Shown here one piece after another: positions 41,120-55,690 of a DNA stretch of 64,000 nt. Position 1 is the stretch's first letter; each line of letters starts with the position of its first letter. The notes beneath the pieces are model-generated. The model had not been told where the DNA came from and did no database searches. It saw nothing but the letters and a program-made list of their open reading frames with translations. The DNA is from Thalia democratica. Its lineage: Eukaryota. The DNA lies in NCBI GenBank assembly GCA_965202585.1, contig OZ241827.1:72292001-72356000 (forward strand), read 5' to 3'. The translations under genes and the position numbers were made by a program.

Positions 41120-41730
41120 ATTCGGTAGCCTTTTAATTGAAGCTGTCTTTTTCTAACTGATTTGTTTGGCACTAAGAACAGAATGTGTCAGTCAAACATT
41201 CAACAAACTATTAATGAGTATTTGTTTTATTACACTGTATAATCTGTCTTAATCCCACAAAAGTTTTACCACCAAATTCAGTAGGACGCATTTCACAATG
41301 GCTACCGAATACTGCGTTACTAGGGAAGTTTTTGAAGCCAAACCGAAGGAGGTGTGACCTAATTAATTAAAATATTTATGTGCTAAATACCATTTGTTTG
41401 TAATACTGACCACTAAATCATACGTTTGTTTTTCAAAACATTTTTTAAGTAGTTAAATCTGTATATTTTATTTTGCTTGTCATCCATGTCAAAATTTTGT
41501 AGTTATTCGGTTTAATGTTTTTCTTGAGTATATTATCGTTAAACTAGTGTTAATTATAATATATCTAGTTTAATTTATTCAAGTAAATAAACAGTTTTTA
41601 TTTAAACTTTAGTATTTAAAGTTATACTAACAGTAAAAAAATATCATTAAAAGTTTTTACAATCCTAAACTAAAACTAGTGTAATTATTTTTTACTGATT
41701 TAAATATTCAAAACTACCTACAAATAAATT
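41120..41730 (+). repeat. Segmental duplication, copy 1 (paralogous to ~62490-63330)
   Basis: Long colinear similarity, roughly 80% by eye, e.g. TAGGACGCATTTCAC.ATGG..ACCG...GGGAAGTTTTTGAAG.CAAACCGAAG.AGGTGTGACC. Confidence 0.9.
41298..41357 (+). CDS. Candidate micro-ORF or first coding exon MATEYCVTREVFEAKPKE(V*)
   Basis: CAGTAG acceptor upstream and ACAATGG start context. Ends in GAG|GTGTGA, which is either a donor or V-stop. Paralogue at 62656. Confidence 0.35.
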   Translation: MATEYCVTREVFEAKPKEV

Positions 41731-42263
41731 TTTGGTCTTTAACATGCATACTTTATTTTACTTAAATTTAATGTAAAAACTATTGATTTTTTCAAACTAC
41801 TTATCGTATGTACAAGATTTTTAAATACTTTGAAAGTCTTACAAAGTAATTTTCAAAGTTATAAAAACTTATAAAGAATAATTGACAATTAAAATAATCT
41901 CTGAGAATATTTAATTGCATTTTATCTAAGTCGCATAATAGTATACGGCTAGACTTTAAATTAAAATAGAATGCTTATTAGGAATGAAAATATACTAAAG
42001 TATAATTTCTCTGTAGTTTTAAAATATTTGAAAATCCGATAGCGTTTTTTGTATAGTTAAACTTTTTTACAACAACTAAAAACACTTTTTTACGTTTCTA
42101 TAAATTAAAACTTAGCAATAAATTAGTAACAAGTTACAACTCATGTCATATTATTGGTAAAATACGACAATTTTTTTTATTCATAATTTTATTTTACTCT
42201 CATTTGCTGGTCATTTTATTTACAAAATGTATTACATTTACTTATTATTACTAGTAAATTAAT

Positions 42264-42391
42264 TTATTGTACGATAAAAAAAAAACGCTTAAGTGTTTGG
42301 TCCTGTGACCTGGTGTACGAAGAACCTTTAGTTATCAAGTCGTGCACCACGGATACCTCTTTTAACGTCTTGTCCTGGACAGTTCAATTAA
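42264..42391. mobile_element. Short structured interspersed element (family A), copy 1
   Basis: Shared core TTTGGTCC..GGACC-TGGTGTACGA-AGAACCTTT.GGTT-ATCGAG-TCGTACACCA...GTCCWGGAC. This copy ends GTTCAATTAA. Confidence 0.7.
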
Positions 42392-43399
42392 GTTATCATA
42401 CTTAACTAAAAATCCACATGCTTAATTTAAAAAGTTCAAGTAGTTTGGAGATTAAATCATTTTTATCAGAATTTCTTAACTTAAAAAAAAAAAATAATAA
42501 TCTATTTTTAAAAGTATACAGTACTGTTTAAAAGTTGAAAATATTAACCTGTACATTCAATTACTTGTTTTCTTTAAGTACATATCTTTAAAAACTGAAA
42601 ACAACTTGTTTACCTTTTTTCTAGTAAACAAATTAACTTCGAAAATAAGTTGAAAATTTTGAACTTTAATTAATAGTTTTGCTTAAATTGAACTAATTCC
42701 AGAATCGTAAATATTTACGATGAATTTAAAAACAACAGATGTGTTTTAAAGTTTATTTTTAACACAACTTGACGTTTAATTAATATATTAAATAAATTTT
42801 GAATATTATATTTAATTTTTGAATATTAAAGTAGTCTTAAAACTTTAGGATTCTACTTTGAAGCACTATAGTTATTTTTTCAATGTCACACATAACTTAA
42901 CCAACGTTTACTTTCAACAGTTAAATTCTTTAAAGGTGACTTTTTTACATAACAATTGTAGTACATTTTATAAAACACATTGTATAAAAAAACTAATTCT
43001 TTTAAATTAAATGAAATTAATTAATAAAAGTTGTACATCATAGAGCCAAATTGAACAAAAAAAAATTTAAGTTGAACTTTAACTAATATAAAACCTTTAA
43101 AACACTTACATATAGGATCTAACAATTAAAGAAAATAAAGTATTTTATAATTATTAAATATACTACTGTCATTTGTAACTTATTGTGTTTACGTATTGTT
43201 ACATAAAGTAGGATATTGTAAGAATTTTAATAACCAAATTTCGTATTTAACATTTTTAAAACTTAAAAGACTTTCAAGAAACAGTTTAAAATCGAATAAA
43301 GAATTGAGAAAAAAATGCTAACTTTTTTATTTATTTACATAAAACAGTCAACACTTTTTATCATTGGATTATCGAGATATATAATATATTTATAGTATA

Positions 43400-43620
43400 G
43401 AGACCTACTTAGGTGAATTAAAGTATTTCCAACCTTTTTGTTTTCCAGACAAAAATGTGTTAATTGTGCTTTTTAAAGTCATTTATACTTTGTAACATTT
43501 TATTAAAGTCTGAGTTTAAAATACTGTTATTAAGCTTTGTGTATAAAGCTGGTGTTATAAAGTCTCAAAGATTTCAAATTCCTTTTTTTTTTTGGTGTTT
43601 CTTAATTTTTCAAGTTAAAA
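43400..43620 (+). repeat. Duplicated segment (paralogous to ~49905-50075) containing a conserved splice-acceptor-like TTTCAG|ACAA
   Basis: Colinear similarity, e.g. TACTTTGTAACA.TTTATTAAAGTCTG and CTGGTGTTATAAAG. Confidence 0.75.
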
Positions 43621-44785
43621 AGTATAAAAGAAAAGTATCAATTGTAAAAATAAATTCAAAACATTACTGAGATAACTATAAAAACAGTTAAAAAAGCTGT
43701 AAAACTTTATTTTTTCTAAGTACTTTAATATACCATAGTATCAATGTTTCATTTTCTCAATATTAGATCGGAATTTCTACAGCTTTAATATTACAATAAT
43801 ACTAAAGTAGCTAATCAAAAAATTATAGCTGTTGAACAATTGAAATACGCTTTAATCTGAATAAAACCTGAAAAACTAATTTCAACTGAGAATTTACAAA
43901 AAGCGCGATTAGATTTGTTCAAATATGTAAGCTAAAAATTATTTGTTAGCAACAAAAAGATGCTTATTGGTATTTTAATAGTTTTACAGAAGTTCTATAT
44001 ATATGTATAAATACATTAATACAACACTACGTTTTTACGAATACGATTGTTCATGTTAAATAGAACAGCTTTTCAGTTTGTTTTTTGTAGTAGTATTTAT
44101 AAACACAAACCAAATTTTTTTAAACAAAAGCAAAATAAAAAAAAGTTTGTTACGTCACTATATAAAAATTAAAAAGTATAAGACACAATAAAGTTTGAAT
44201 ATACGTTCAAAGTTATTTAAAATAAAAGCTTGGAAAATGTTCACGACCACTAAAAAAATGATACATAAAGATAAAACTTTCATAGTAATATTAATAAATA
44301 GTATTGTTTAGTATATACACTAATATTGTTTTGTTAAATTTTAGGTTTGAAAACTTTACATTAAAAAAAAATTAAAAGACATTTAACGAGTTGTTTTATG
44401 ACGTTTTAATCTTACAATTTTTTTTTTCAACAATTGTTGTCAAAAGATCTTAAAACTGATGAATAAATTGGTGAAAAATGTTTTTTTTCAATGTTTTATT
44501 CTTAGAATTCAAGTCAGTTTAACATACTTTCACAGCTATAAAGATTTATATTTTGAACTTTTGTTCTTACCACGAAATGTTTTTATTTTTCTTTTAAAAA
44601 ATTTTTTGATATTATTTTCAAGATCGGTATCTATTAAAAAACTTTACACATGTAGTAACTTAACAAATAATTATAATTTAAAATTCAAATAAATAAAATT
44701 AAGCATGTATTTTTTTATACTTCCTAATTATTTATCGGTTAACAGTTTTCAACGATGGTTTTTTTTTTATTGAATATTTCTATTA

Positions 44786-44908
44786 TTAATTGAACGACAA
44801 AACAACGATCAAAATATTTGGTCTTGGGACCTTGTGCACAGAGAACCTTTAAGTTGTCGAGTTGCACACCACTTAAATACCTTTTAGCGTCTTGTCCAGG
44901 ACTATTAA
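44786..44908. mobile_element. Family A element, copy 2
   Basis: Begins TTAATTGAAC; same core; ends GTCCAGGAC. Confidence 0.7.
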
Positions 44909-46241
44909 CAAATTATGTAGTTACATATTTTATCATTTAATTAGACCACCATTTAACTATAAATTTTTAATTACATTACTTTCATTATTTTTTAGCAGTC
45001 AAATTTTTTAAATTTAGTTTTTCGAGTTTGAACGTGCTATATAAACTATTTGGAAACATATATTAAGATGTCTATATAATTTATATTTAAATAAGTGTTA
45101 AAATTTAAATTCTTACCTAAATAACAGAGCAAAGCTTGATATAATTAAAAGTAAATACTATCACTTTTTCACGGTCTTTTCAGGATTAGTTTTTTAACAA
45201 CCAAGAAACATTAAATAAAAATATATATTACACTGCGAAACAAGAGTTATATTAACTTTACAAACATTAAAGCGTAGCAACTTTATAATACACTTAGTGA
45301 TAGTGCAGCAAATTCAATAATTTGACTTGCTTCATAACAAAATAAAACAAATTGTAATTTTAATTTTATTATAGGTCATAAGTTATGTAATTTTAACGTA
45401 AACAATTTTCGTAAATTGTAGTTTTCATTGTTAAAATATAATTAACTATACTAAAGTTTATATACTGATCTTTAATAAATTATTCTGACAAAAAAATTAT
45501 GGGGTTTTATCAATAAATCAAGCTTAAAGGGATTTTATTTACAAAAGTAAAGTAGTTAATTAAATTGTGAACTTTATACTTTATTCAAAATCTTAATGTA
45601 TAACTCTTAAGTAAAAATGTTTCTTAAGTTATATACTTAATATTATTACTTTAATATTTATTTTATTGTAACAGTTATTTAATTTTTTGTTTCAAAGGAG
45701 TTTAAAAATTAAAAGTTTAAATTGGTTTTACCAAAAACATAAATTTGTTTTAAAAGTTGTTAAAAGATTAATTTCGAAATATTTTTTTTGCTGCTTTACT
45801 TTAAAATGTTCGAAAAATGAATCATTTTAGTAATGTAGTCATTATATAGTTCATATAATTTTTTAAACTTAAAAGTCTTATAAGGTGTAAATGAAAGCAT
45901 ATTTAGCTAATACAAAGAGATTAAAACTTTATCTTTTAAGAAAGGTATATCTAAGACAAAATTCGAAACAAGATTTGTTTTGAATATTCAGCTAAAAAAA
46001 AATAATTTATTTTTTTTTTCACGAAAAAGTTTTAAAAGTTTATCCACAATGATATAATTTTGGGCAGTTTCAAAACTAATATACAAAGCAATGTATCTTT
46101 TTTTAAAATAAGAGTTCACGATTTTTAGAATATGTGTGTAAAAAAAAATTACAAAATGAAATAAGAAAAACAGGTTTTTGAACTCTTCAATAAGTTTAAG
46201 AGTTTTTGTTAAGAAAGCGATAATTAAAACAAAACTGAAAC

Positions 46242-46334
46242 ATGCCAACAAAAACAATTGTTGCTCGTTGTTGCGTTTTAAGAGGTTATTTAGTAAACAC
46301 AACAAAAAAGGAAGTTAAAACTAACACAATGTAA
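46242..46334 (+). CDS. Candidate short ORF or exon MPTKTIVARCCVLRGYLVNTTKKE(VKTNTM*)
   Basis: Same M-x-T-x-x-x-V-A-R register and K-E|GT ending as the 41298 and 62656 ORFs, using different synonymous codons. Confidence 0.25.
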   Translation: MPTKTIVARCCVLRGYLVNTTKKEVKTNTM

Positions 46335-49300
46335 ATAAAATAGAAGCTTACAACTTTGCTAGTTCCGCTTTCAATCTTTTAAAAACTTTTTAACTCTAGC
46401 TATTTAATATTGCTGATAAGCTTATAAAAAATACTTGTTGACTTGTATCAAAAAAGTCAGGGGTTATATATTTTTAAAATAAGAGGTTTTTTTTTCTAAA
46501 GTTACTTTTTATACATTAAGTTGAGACCATATTATATTTGATTAGAACATGAGTCACTAACTTTTCTTAATTTTTTCAATCTGAAAAAACAATCATAAAT
46601 GCTATCAAAAAATTTATTTTGTACGTTTATTATAGTTTTTATAAGTATTTTAAAAGCAAAACAAGCTATAAGATATAATAAACTTTGACTGTAAATTAAC
46701 TCTTCAGGATATTTAAATTAAGTAGTTTTATGGTTCAAAAATTCTCAAATTTAATATACATTTGTTAGTTTTATTACAAATTATTTACAAAAGTACTGAT
46801 TTTAATGAGCTTAGTTTTTAGTAACTGATTATGTCTTAAGCAGGTATTATGACTTTAGAGTTATTGGTTATAACGAAATTAAAAAAAGTATCTGGTTCAG
46901 TCAAACAAAAGAACAAAATAAATTATTTAATGTTTTTTTTTAAAGCTTTAAAAGTATGCAATTACTTAAGTTTTAAATTTTCTATTTTATTACTTAATTG
47001 AATATTATAATATTTTTTGTAACACTATGTACTTAAAATTTTCTTTAAGCTTAGCTTTTTTTTTATTAAACTAAGTTTAGTTAGTTGGCTTTAAAAAGTG
47101 AATTTTTAAACTTTACAAATATTCTAGCCTTTTTCTAATCTTTTATCGAAAGTATATTTAGCTTTAGTATAATAATTTTGTTTTTAAATAGCTAATTAAT
47201 ATCTGTTATTTTTTACTATGACACATTAAAAAGTGCTTCATTTATTAAGGGGTAAAAAAAATAAGTATTCTAAAGTCTTTACTTTTAGATTACTTAATTA
47301 CGACAAAAAACTTTGAAACTCTTTTTCTATATAATACAGATATTTTATATAGAAACGGCTTAATCTTTAAAATTTGATAAGTTTTATATAGAAACAAGAT
47401 TACATTAAGTATATAATGTAGTAAGATTTCTAATTTTGTTATTTTATTACAAATATTCTTTACAAAGATGTATTTTTGGGTTTATTTAGGAGCATAACCT
47501 TACGGATAAAAATACACTGTTCAACCATTAGTTTTTAGTATAAACGAAAAAGAGTATATGTAATAATAAAAATTGAGCAAAAAGTTGTAAAAACTTATAA
47601 AGGGCTTTTGTATATTTTGAATTTTAAGTGGTTTATAAAAAGTATTACATATAGTAGATAAAAAACATTGTTTTTTTTCAAAGATTCTATAAAGTTTTAT
47701 TAAAGAATTTTTCAATACAGTTAAGTATTGCGAAAATAACTTATTATTGTAAAAGTAACACATGTTTTAACAAGTTCTCTCAACTAGACCTTGCCTTTTT
47801 CTTATACAACACTATCAATACTACATTTTTTATTTAGTGTATAATAACTTATTTACTACAAACACTTATATATGATTTCGAAATTTTTCTATAAGAATTA
47901 TATGTAAGAATCGTATATAACTTTAATGCATTAAATGACTTTGTGATATTGTGTTTGTATATTTATGACCTTGAATGCATTTTAGTTTTAAGTTAACACA
48001 AATATTGTTAAAATAAACATGCATCAACAAGAAATGTTAAAGTATGTATGTTTCAATTTATTTTTTAAAGTGATTCAACCTTATAGAAAACAAATTTACA
48101 GTACTATCAACCTATGTAGTAGGTTTAAGAAAAAAAAACTTGATATGTACCTATATACTTGTTTGCAGTTTTAGCCATTGTGTTTATTAATATTTTTATC
48201 AAATAAAAATGTTTACACTTACACTGTTAGCCTGTAATTTCACCTATTTATTACAATTTTTTATTCTGCTTGTTTTAGTTTTGAAGAAAACTTTCTCTTT
48301 GGGTTTCTTTTGTAAATTCACATCAGTTCTCTTTTGCATTAAAACTTAATATACGTTCACACAAGTGAATAATTAATGTAAAAAATTATGTATTTTATTA
48401 GTGAACAATTAATGTAAAAAATACTTATCTAGCACTTAAAAACTACAACTACTAACACTAAATTCATAAATATCAAATTTAAAGTTTTACAACCAAATTA
48501 AATTTTACAAACATTTATTATGTAAATAAGTTTTGGCTGTGTTGTTAAATTATTTAACGTTTAAAATAGTTATATATTCAATTTTGAAATATAATATGAA
48601 ATTTATAGATAATAAAGTCTAGAACAAAACAAAATTTACAATGTTTATGAATATTTTAAATATTAATAATCAAATAGATAATTAACATAATGAACTAAAC
48701 TCAACTTATTTACTTTTATTTTCAAAATAAGTAACATTTCATTTAAGAAACTTAGACATTCAATTTTTAATTTTTTAGTAAAAAGTTTTAAAAACTAAGT
48801 AATTAAAGGACTTTTTAGTTCTATAAAAATATTAAGAACCTTTTCAAAACAAGTTAGCAATAATCTTTTTAAAATAGATTCTTTCTAATATAACTTTATC
48901 TTAGCCTAAACTATTTTTATAAAATACTTTGTTTTATAAAATTTTATTGTAGATCGCAAAATTGCTTGGGCATTTTAACTCTTTCATTTGTATTATTTCT
49001 CTATGTAATGTTTTGTTTATTTAAAACAATCCTAAAAGTACTGTTTGTACAAAATATTTTGTATAATATATATATAAATTTATACTTATCCATGACATTA
49101 CGTTAAAAGTTTTTAATTATTTAATTAAAAAAATTCTGTGAACTTTATCATAATAAACAAGTTTTATACTTTTTAGTTATTGCCAAACAACAAAATAGTT
49201 TTTTATTTCTATTTTTGAGGTAATTAAATTATCCTTTAAGGTTAACTTAAATCATTTAATTTAAACTATTTTTCAAATGAGTACTTTATAATGAATTTAG

Positions 49301-50769
49301 TTTTGGAAAACATCACGTAATTGGATTTACTAAAAGAATTGAATACTAAAGCTGTTTTTGATATTTCCTAAGGTATTTTACATTTTTTTCTTGTTTGTTT
49401 AAATTAGTTTTTTGTATTCAGTTGTTTTAACATTTCTTAATTTAAGTTAAAAACTACTGGCTGTTTTCTGATTTAATATATTTTTTATTGAAACTAAATA
49501 ACTAAAATCGTTTTTTTTTACTTAAAGTACAGATGCTCTGATGGTACGTTTATTTTGTATACAAATATACAAGTATTATACAAACATTATATAAAAGTTG
49601 TTATAATTTTGAATCAAAAAGTTGGCAATCTATGTCATTATAATGAAAAAATAGTTTATAAGCTCTGCTACATAAAGTTTATAAATTGAATATTTCAAAA
49701 TGCACTTATTAAAAATAACAGTCGGACTTAATATTTTGTAAATTTAAATATAAAAAGCTGTAGCATTCTTTATTTTGGTGAATTTTTAAATGAGTTAAAA
49801 GTTTTTTGTAGACTTGGATTAGATCAGAAAAAGTATTTTTGTAAGTTCATATCTACTAAATCTTATGAATTTAGTTTAAAAACTGTTAATTTTACCAAAC
49901 ATAGTTTGTAGACCAACTTAGACAGATAAAATTTTTTCTTTGTATTTCAGACAATAGAAATTTGTTAATTATGCCTTTGTAAGTCAGTTGTACTTTGTAA
50001 CACTTTATTAAAGTCTGTATTTTAACTTTTTATATAAAGCCTTAGTCTAAAACTGGTGTTATAAAGCATTAAATTATTAAAGTACAGAAATATATCACGT
50101 ATTATAAGTACTTTTGACTTAAACATGGTATTTTCATGTATCTAATGTTATAAAACTATTTCTCATTTGAATAATTTAGGACTTAAAATATTTAACTAGA
50201 TTTCACAATTTTAATTGTTTTTGTATATTTTCAACACAAAGACACAAACTATTAAAAAAAGTAAAAACTAAATTGTCTTTTATGAGATTTCTAACAAAAA
50301 ATATTATTATTAAATATAAGTTAAATCTTAATTTTAGCTAAAAACGATAAAACTAGTATCAAAGTATAAAAACGGCTATTTTGCATATTATTCGTATTTA
50401 AAATGAAACAGTTTTATAATTTTATAATTTGATAAAAAATATTTTACAAGGTTGTTTTACCAGTTATATTAAATTTTTGTATTTTACTCAAGGTTAGTTT
50501 ATTTATTTCTTGATAATAAGTTTAACAAGCAACTAACTATAAACTTTTGACCTGGCTTAAAGATTTCTAACGTAATTAAAAATATATTGTAATATTGTAG
50601 CATAGTTTTACTATATTAACAATCGTTAAAACAATAAATAATTAGCTAATAAGTTAAACATTTTACAGATCTTGGTTTTAGAAAATAGAAAAAAAAAAAT
50701 AAATTTTTTCATAAGTTAATTTAATTTTAACAACTTATCAATTTTAATTTTTATTTGTTCTATTTTTAC

Positions 50770-51350
50770 TAACTTTACCCCTAAAGCTTACACTTTGTCG
50801 GTTTTTTTTTTAGTTTTTATTTCCTTTTTTTCTTGTGATTTAATTTCTTTATTTACATTTTTTTTCATTTTTACTATTGCTGTTACCCATAAATTGTTTA
50901 TTTATCAAAAAAAAAGCGCTCATATATTTGGTCCGAGGACCTGGTGTACGAAAAAACCTTTCGGTTATCGAGTCATACACCAGGATACAGTTTAAAGTCA
51001 TGTCCAGGACAACCCTGACCCTTGGTCTGTAACTTTTTTTATTATTTATTTATTTTTTGTATGTTAATATTAGTTTTCATTAGTTATTTATAATTTTCTT
51101 TATAGTTTTACTACCACTTTTACCCCTAACCTTTACCCTCGGTCGGTAACTTTATTTTTTCTTAGTTTTAATTAATTTGATAATTTACCTTTTGAACTTT
51201 ATGTTGTTTTTTTTTTTGTTTTTTACTCTCGTGCGAAAATGACTCTTTGTGCAAAAGTGTGCAAAATTTTGTCTTCGTGTTAAAGTGACCTTTCTTGCAA
51301 AAAAAATTATTTGTGGAAAATGTCTTCGTGCACATTAGACACCTGCCCCG
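50770..51350. repeat. Composite non-autonomous repeat with ACCCCTAACCTTTACCCTCGGTCGGTAAC modules and a GTGCAAAA-repeat end
   Basis: Module copies near 50773, 50880/51012 (split by family A) and 51120. The same module lies inside the 62841-63046 element. Confidence 0.6.
50891..51010. mobile_element. Family A element, copy 3, nested in another repeat
   Basis: Interrupts the CTGTTACCC.TAA/CCCTGACCCTTGGTC module seen intact at ~62955. Confidence 0.7.
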
Positions 51351-53319
51351 AACTAAATTAAATCAAATTTGTTTATTTTAATTAATTTGGATATGTTATT
51401 GTATAAAAAAACTAGAGATTAGAGAAATATTAAGTAGTTATACTTTTTAAAAACATTCAACGTCGATACTTTTAAAACTATTTTGTTTAAAAAACAAATA
51501 AAAATAAACGTTGTTTTAAAAAAACTAAATTAATAGTAGCATACACTTTTAGTGAACAAACTTTTTTTTTTTTACTTTTTTGTATGATACAAGGTTCTAA
51601 AACCTTTAAAAAGCTGTACACTGTAGTAAACTACAAAAAACTTTTTAAACTGTTTAGAAAGTTAAAAGAAATACATTTTTATGAAAAAATAGTATTAGTA
51701 AAACTTTTTGCCAAAGTTGTTAACGGATTATAATTTGTTAAAAACTAATTTAAAACTAACAGTGTAAAGCGTTATAAATAATACAAACAATTTTATAATA
51801 CTTTTCAATTATAGAAGACTTAAAATATTTATAAACACATTACTTTAAACAGGTATAGACTTTAGTAAAAACTAGTATCTAATATGTAAAACTTTGTTAT
51901 TAAGAAAAGTACAAAATATTGGATTTTTTTAAGTTATAAAACACTTACATCCTAAATTAAATTTTTTACATCAACTACAAACAAGTTATAACGTCACAAG
52001 TACAAACTTTAAGTAAACCTAAAAGTATAGTTAACCAACCTAGACAATATTTTGACAATTTTTTGAAAACATTAAGACTTTAACTGCATTCATACGGCAA
52101 TAACTTGTAAATTTAAGATTTAATCTGAGTTTAAAATACAATGTTTAATGTCAGACACGTAAGAAAATAAAACAGCAAAGTTTGGTTATTTTTGGGTGAA
52201 GATTAAGGCTTTATGTGAAATATTATAAGAACTTAGGAGGGTTAATGGAATTAAGACATGCTTTTTGATATTTAAACGTAATTTAAGACGTTTTTTTTTT
52301 TGAATTTAATAATGTAGTGTTTACCATGTTTTTATCAAACAAATATCATAAAACAATGAAAAAACGTTAATTTATTTGGATATTATAACAACATAATTTG
52401 ACAAACTAATACGGATATAAAATGTTTAGTAATACTTAAAATCTTTATTTAAAGCCGTTTATTAAGGCTAGTAAAAAAATAATAATATTTTAGAATACTA
52501 TAATAATTTATGTAATTTTTCAAAGAAAAGCCTTCGACCCAGGTTACCTATTGCTAAACAAAATTGTAAGTTATTTGTATTCTGCTCTTTTAGTTTTTAT
52601 TTACCTACATATAAATTATATTTTACGCTCATAGTCACAACTCTTATCAAAATAGCAAAAAATAAGTAGTTCCCTTCTTCAAGTTTTTAAAGTTGTTTAG
52701 AAACATTATAGTAAATTTTAAGTTTTGTAGTCTTTAGTACAAAAAGCTTACAAATAGCAAACTAAACAAAATAATTTTCATTTAATTAGTATGTACAAAA
52801 TTTTACTTTCTTATTAAGATTTAATGTGCCTTGAAAACAACTGCTGCAGATAAATGTATGTATATTTTTTTTCGTTGATTTGAGAAAGTGTCTAAACTAT
52901 TTTGAAAGATATGGACAGTTTCTACAACATAAATCTCAAAATAGTGATAAACGAGTTTTCTGAAATAAAATTGATTTAATTTTTTATTTGTTTCAAATTA
53001 ATAAAATTATTTTTATGATTTTCAGGAGCCTTACACAGCTTTATATTGTTACTTATTAATAGTTGATAATCAGGTTAAAATTTAATACGACACAAATTAA
53101 ACTTATCATTAAATCTTTAAAAATTAAAAGTAGCATGAAGAAATGAAAAGGATTATAATTAATCATTCTTATAAGTCTTGCTACAATGTTCAAGCTTGCC
53201 AGACAAATAAATATGAAAATATGTTAAAAATCCTTTAGTATATATAGAAACTTTTAACCTCAAGTTTTATTTTGTTAAAGACAGCAAAACCTGTTCAGTT
53301 TCTAAGCAACAAATTATGT

Positions 53320-53562
53320 GTTGATTGCTTGAAATTTTAAAGACCCCAAGTTATTTGTTTTATAGGTGAAGACCACCCTTACGAAGTCTGGCTAATACTT
53401 TGCTGTCTATAAAACAATTTTTCTTTATATAACTGTTGCTAGATCGAAACTGTTGCTAGGGATTTTGTTGCTATGTGGTGGTTGTGGTCTGGGGTGAAAC
53501 TTGTCTTCGAGGCACGCAAGATTGTCACGCATCAATTCCTTTTAGTATTAGCACTTGCATAG
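53320..53562 (+). repeat. Family B duplicated segment, copy 1, with candidate micro-exons (VKTTLTKSG*; IETVARDFVAMWWLWSGVKLVFEARKIVTHQFLLVLALA*)
   Basis: Paralogous to 60225-60384 and 62108-62202. AG|GTGAAGACCACCCT at 53366 and GTTGCTAG|ATC at 53443. Confidence 0.8.
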
Positions 53563-53770
53563 CAACTAGCAGACAAAAGTATTTAAGTTTATCGAGGTAG
53601 ATAAAATGCAGAATTGTTTTTATATTTAGAGAAGAAAATTAAATCAAAAGATCAAACAATTTATGGCGATTGTAGAAAATAATGACTATATGAATATTTG
53701 TTGTTTAACTGTTCAAAATATAGTTTTAATTGTTTGCTAACAAAAGATCCTAGTGAAGTAACTTCACTGG

Positions 53771-53956
53771 AATATAAATAAAAACAAATTATACAGTAAT
53801 CTTCCTTTATTCTACCAACATATGTTTCTGTGTGTCAACGAATAAGTTATCTTTCCTATTAACAACCCAGTTGAAGTGTGTTGATTCGTTGACACACAGA
53901 AACATATGTTGGTAAAATAAAGGAAGATTACTGTATAATTTGTTTTTATTTATATT
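53771..53956. mobile_element. Foldback/MITE-like palindrome: 73-bp arms with one mismatch and a 40-bp spacer
   Basis: 53771-53843 is the reverse complement of 53884-53956. An adjacent hairpin lies at 53752-53768. The 17-bp direct repeat ATATTTGTTGTTTAACT occurs at 53694 and 53952. Confidence 0.85.
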
Positions 53957-55523
53957 TGTTGTTTAACTATAAATTGGAATGTGTTTTTTTTGCGTGCATC
54001 TAAAGAAAAATTAGCAGATTTTTGTGTTTTAAACTTACAATTTTTACCACAAAAGAGCAAGAAAAGAGGCAATCTGCAGATTTTGTTGAAAAAATTTTGG
54101 ATTTTTAGGTTTATTTAGAAACTTACCCCAGAGTTACCTGACCTCAATTAGTTTTTGAAATATATGTATTTTGTACAAAGTTTTCTAGGTCAGATTACAA
54201 ACGTTTTAATATCTTAAGGGCAATTAAAAACATTGTAAGAAGGAGATTTGTTAAGTAAATGTAATTTTGGTTCTATAAAATATATCGTAAAAGAAAAATG
54301 TTTTTTTTTAATAATTAACAGCTAAATTAGTTTTTTATTTTGTAATTTTTTTTTTTTATGTAGAACATTATAGAAAAATTAGAGGATTCAATTGAGATAA
54401 AAAAATCTTTTAAACTCTTATACTTTTAAGTGTACAAAAAATATTTGAAATTATTTATAAAATATTTTTATGAAAAATCATGTTTTTCTCTGAGAAAAGT
54501 ATGACTTTTTGATAAAAAACAACCATTATAAGTAAATAAAAACGTTAAAACACACTTTACAATGATTATTAAGCATTTCTAGTAAAGTTATACTATTATA
54601 AAAAGTTTAACTCTTAAGAAATAAATAGTGCAATTTTTCAGCTTCGTAAAAGGATAAATGTTGAGTTTTGAATTTAATGGGTACAAGTGAAAGCGGAAGT
54701 AGTTGATTCCGGGTAAGAAATAAAATAAAAAAGTAAAAATTAAGCAAATTATTTTAACTGTTACCGCTTTTAATCTTTGAGCTTTATAATTCAATTAAAT
54801 CTTTAATCCTATTAAGCCATTAGTTTTGTTTTACCATAAGGTCAAACTTAATTGAATTTGACCGAAAGGTTTAGTTTAGATATATAATGCAAACAGTATT
54901 ACAGTTTTAAAAGAATGCTTTAAAACTCAACTAATTATTCAAAGCTTAACACTAAAAAATCTTAAAAAGGGTAAAACAGCCTTCTATGCCGTCACTTTGT
55001 AAGAATTTACTATATTTTTTAACCACAAAATATTTGCTGACTAATATCATGTTTATTAGTATTTTAGTCTTTTTCTATTATTTATTTTGTTTTCTACCAA
55101 TTTTTATAATAAAAGAAACTGCACGTCGGATAAAGTTGTTTGACAGATTTTTATTTTTTAACAACTTATATATATTTTGTTGGTTATTTTTATATACACA
55201 CTTTTATGTGTAACAAGTTCACCTCTTGATAACTACTGCTAATTCAAATGTTGTTTTTTTTCAGGAAGCTAAGTTTAACCCTCGGCTTTAATTTAATAAA
55301 AGTACTTAGTTTTCAGTTTTAATTTGAAATTCTATTAATCTAGGAAATTATAAACAATTATTGTCCAATTGTTGAAGTAAACATATACTTTCCTTAAAGA
55401 ATGTTTTTTTTAACTACGTTTGTTGTTTATTACCACAAAAATCTAAATTTGGTTACATATCCCACATTTAGCTAATTTAATAAACTTTTATACAGAATAG
55501 GTCAAATAAAGTGTTATTTAAAG

Positions 55524-55690
55524 CAGGGGTCAGCAGGTATTTGGTTGTCGCGGTCCAAATTCTTAAAACAAAAATATTAACGGGCTATAATAGTAGTAGT
55601 TTCAGTTTTTGCTCTTTAAATCTGACTTTAATGTGTTTTAAGTTTTTTTTTTTCCGCGGACCATACTTACATGCTCTCGTGGGTCGCATT
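55524..55690 (+). mobile_element. Probable hAT-type non-autonomous element fragment
   Basis: Begins CAGGGGTCAGCA, with subterminal GCGGTCC/GCGGACC motifs. The 3' TIR was not found. Confidence 0.4.

Noticed and set aside
53450-53540. Selenoprotein reading (LLLGILLLCGGCGLG-TGA-NLSS) with family A as SECIS
   Set aside because: No known Sec motif, and family A lacks the AUGA/GA quartet and AA-loop geometry on either strand.
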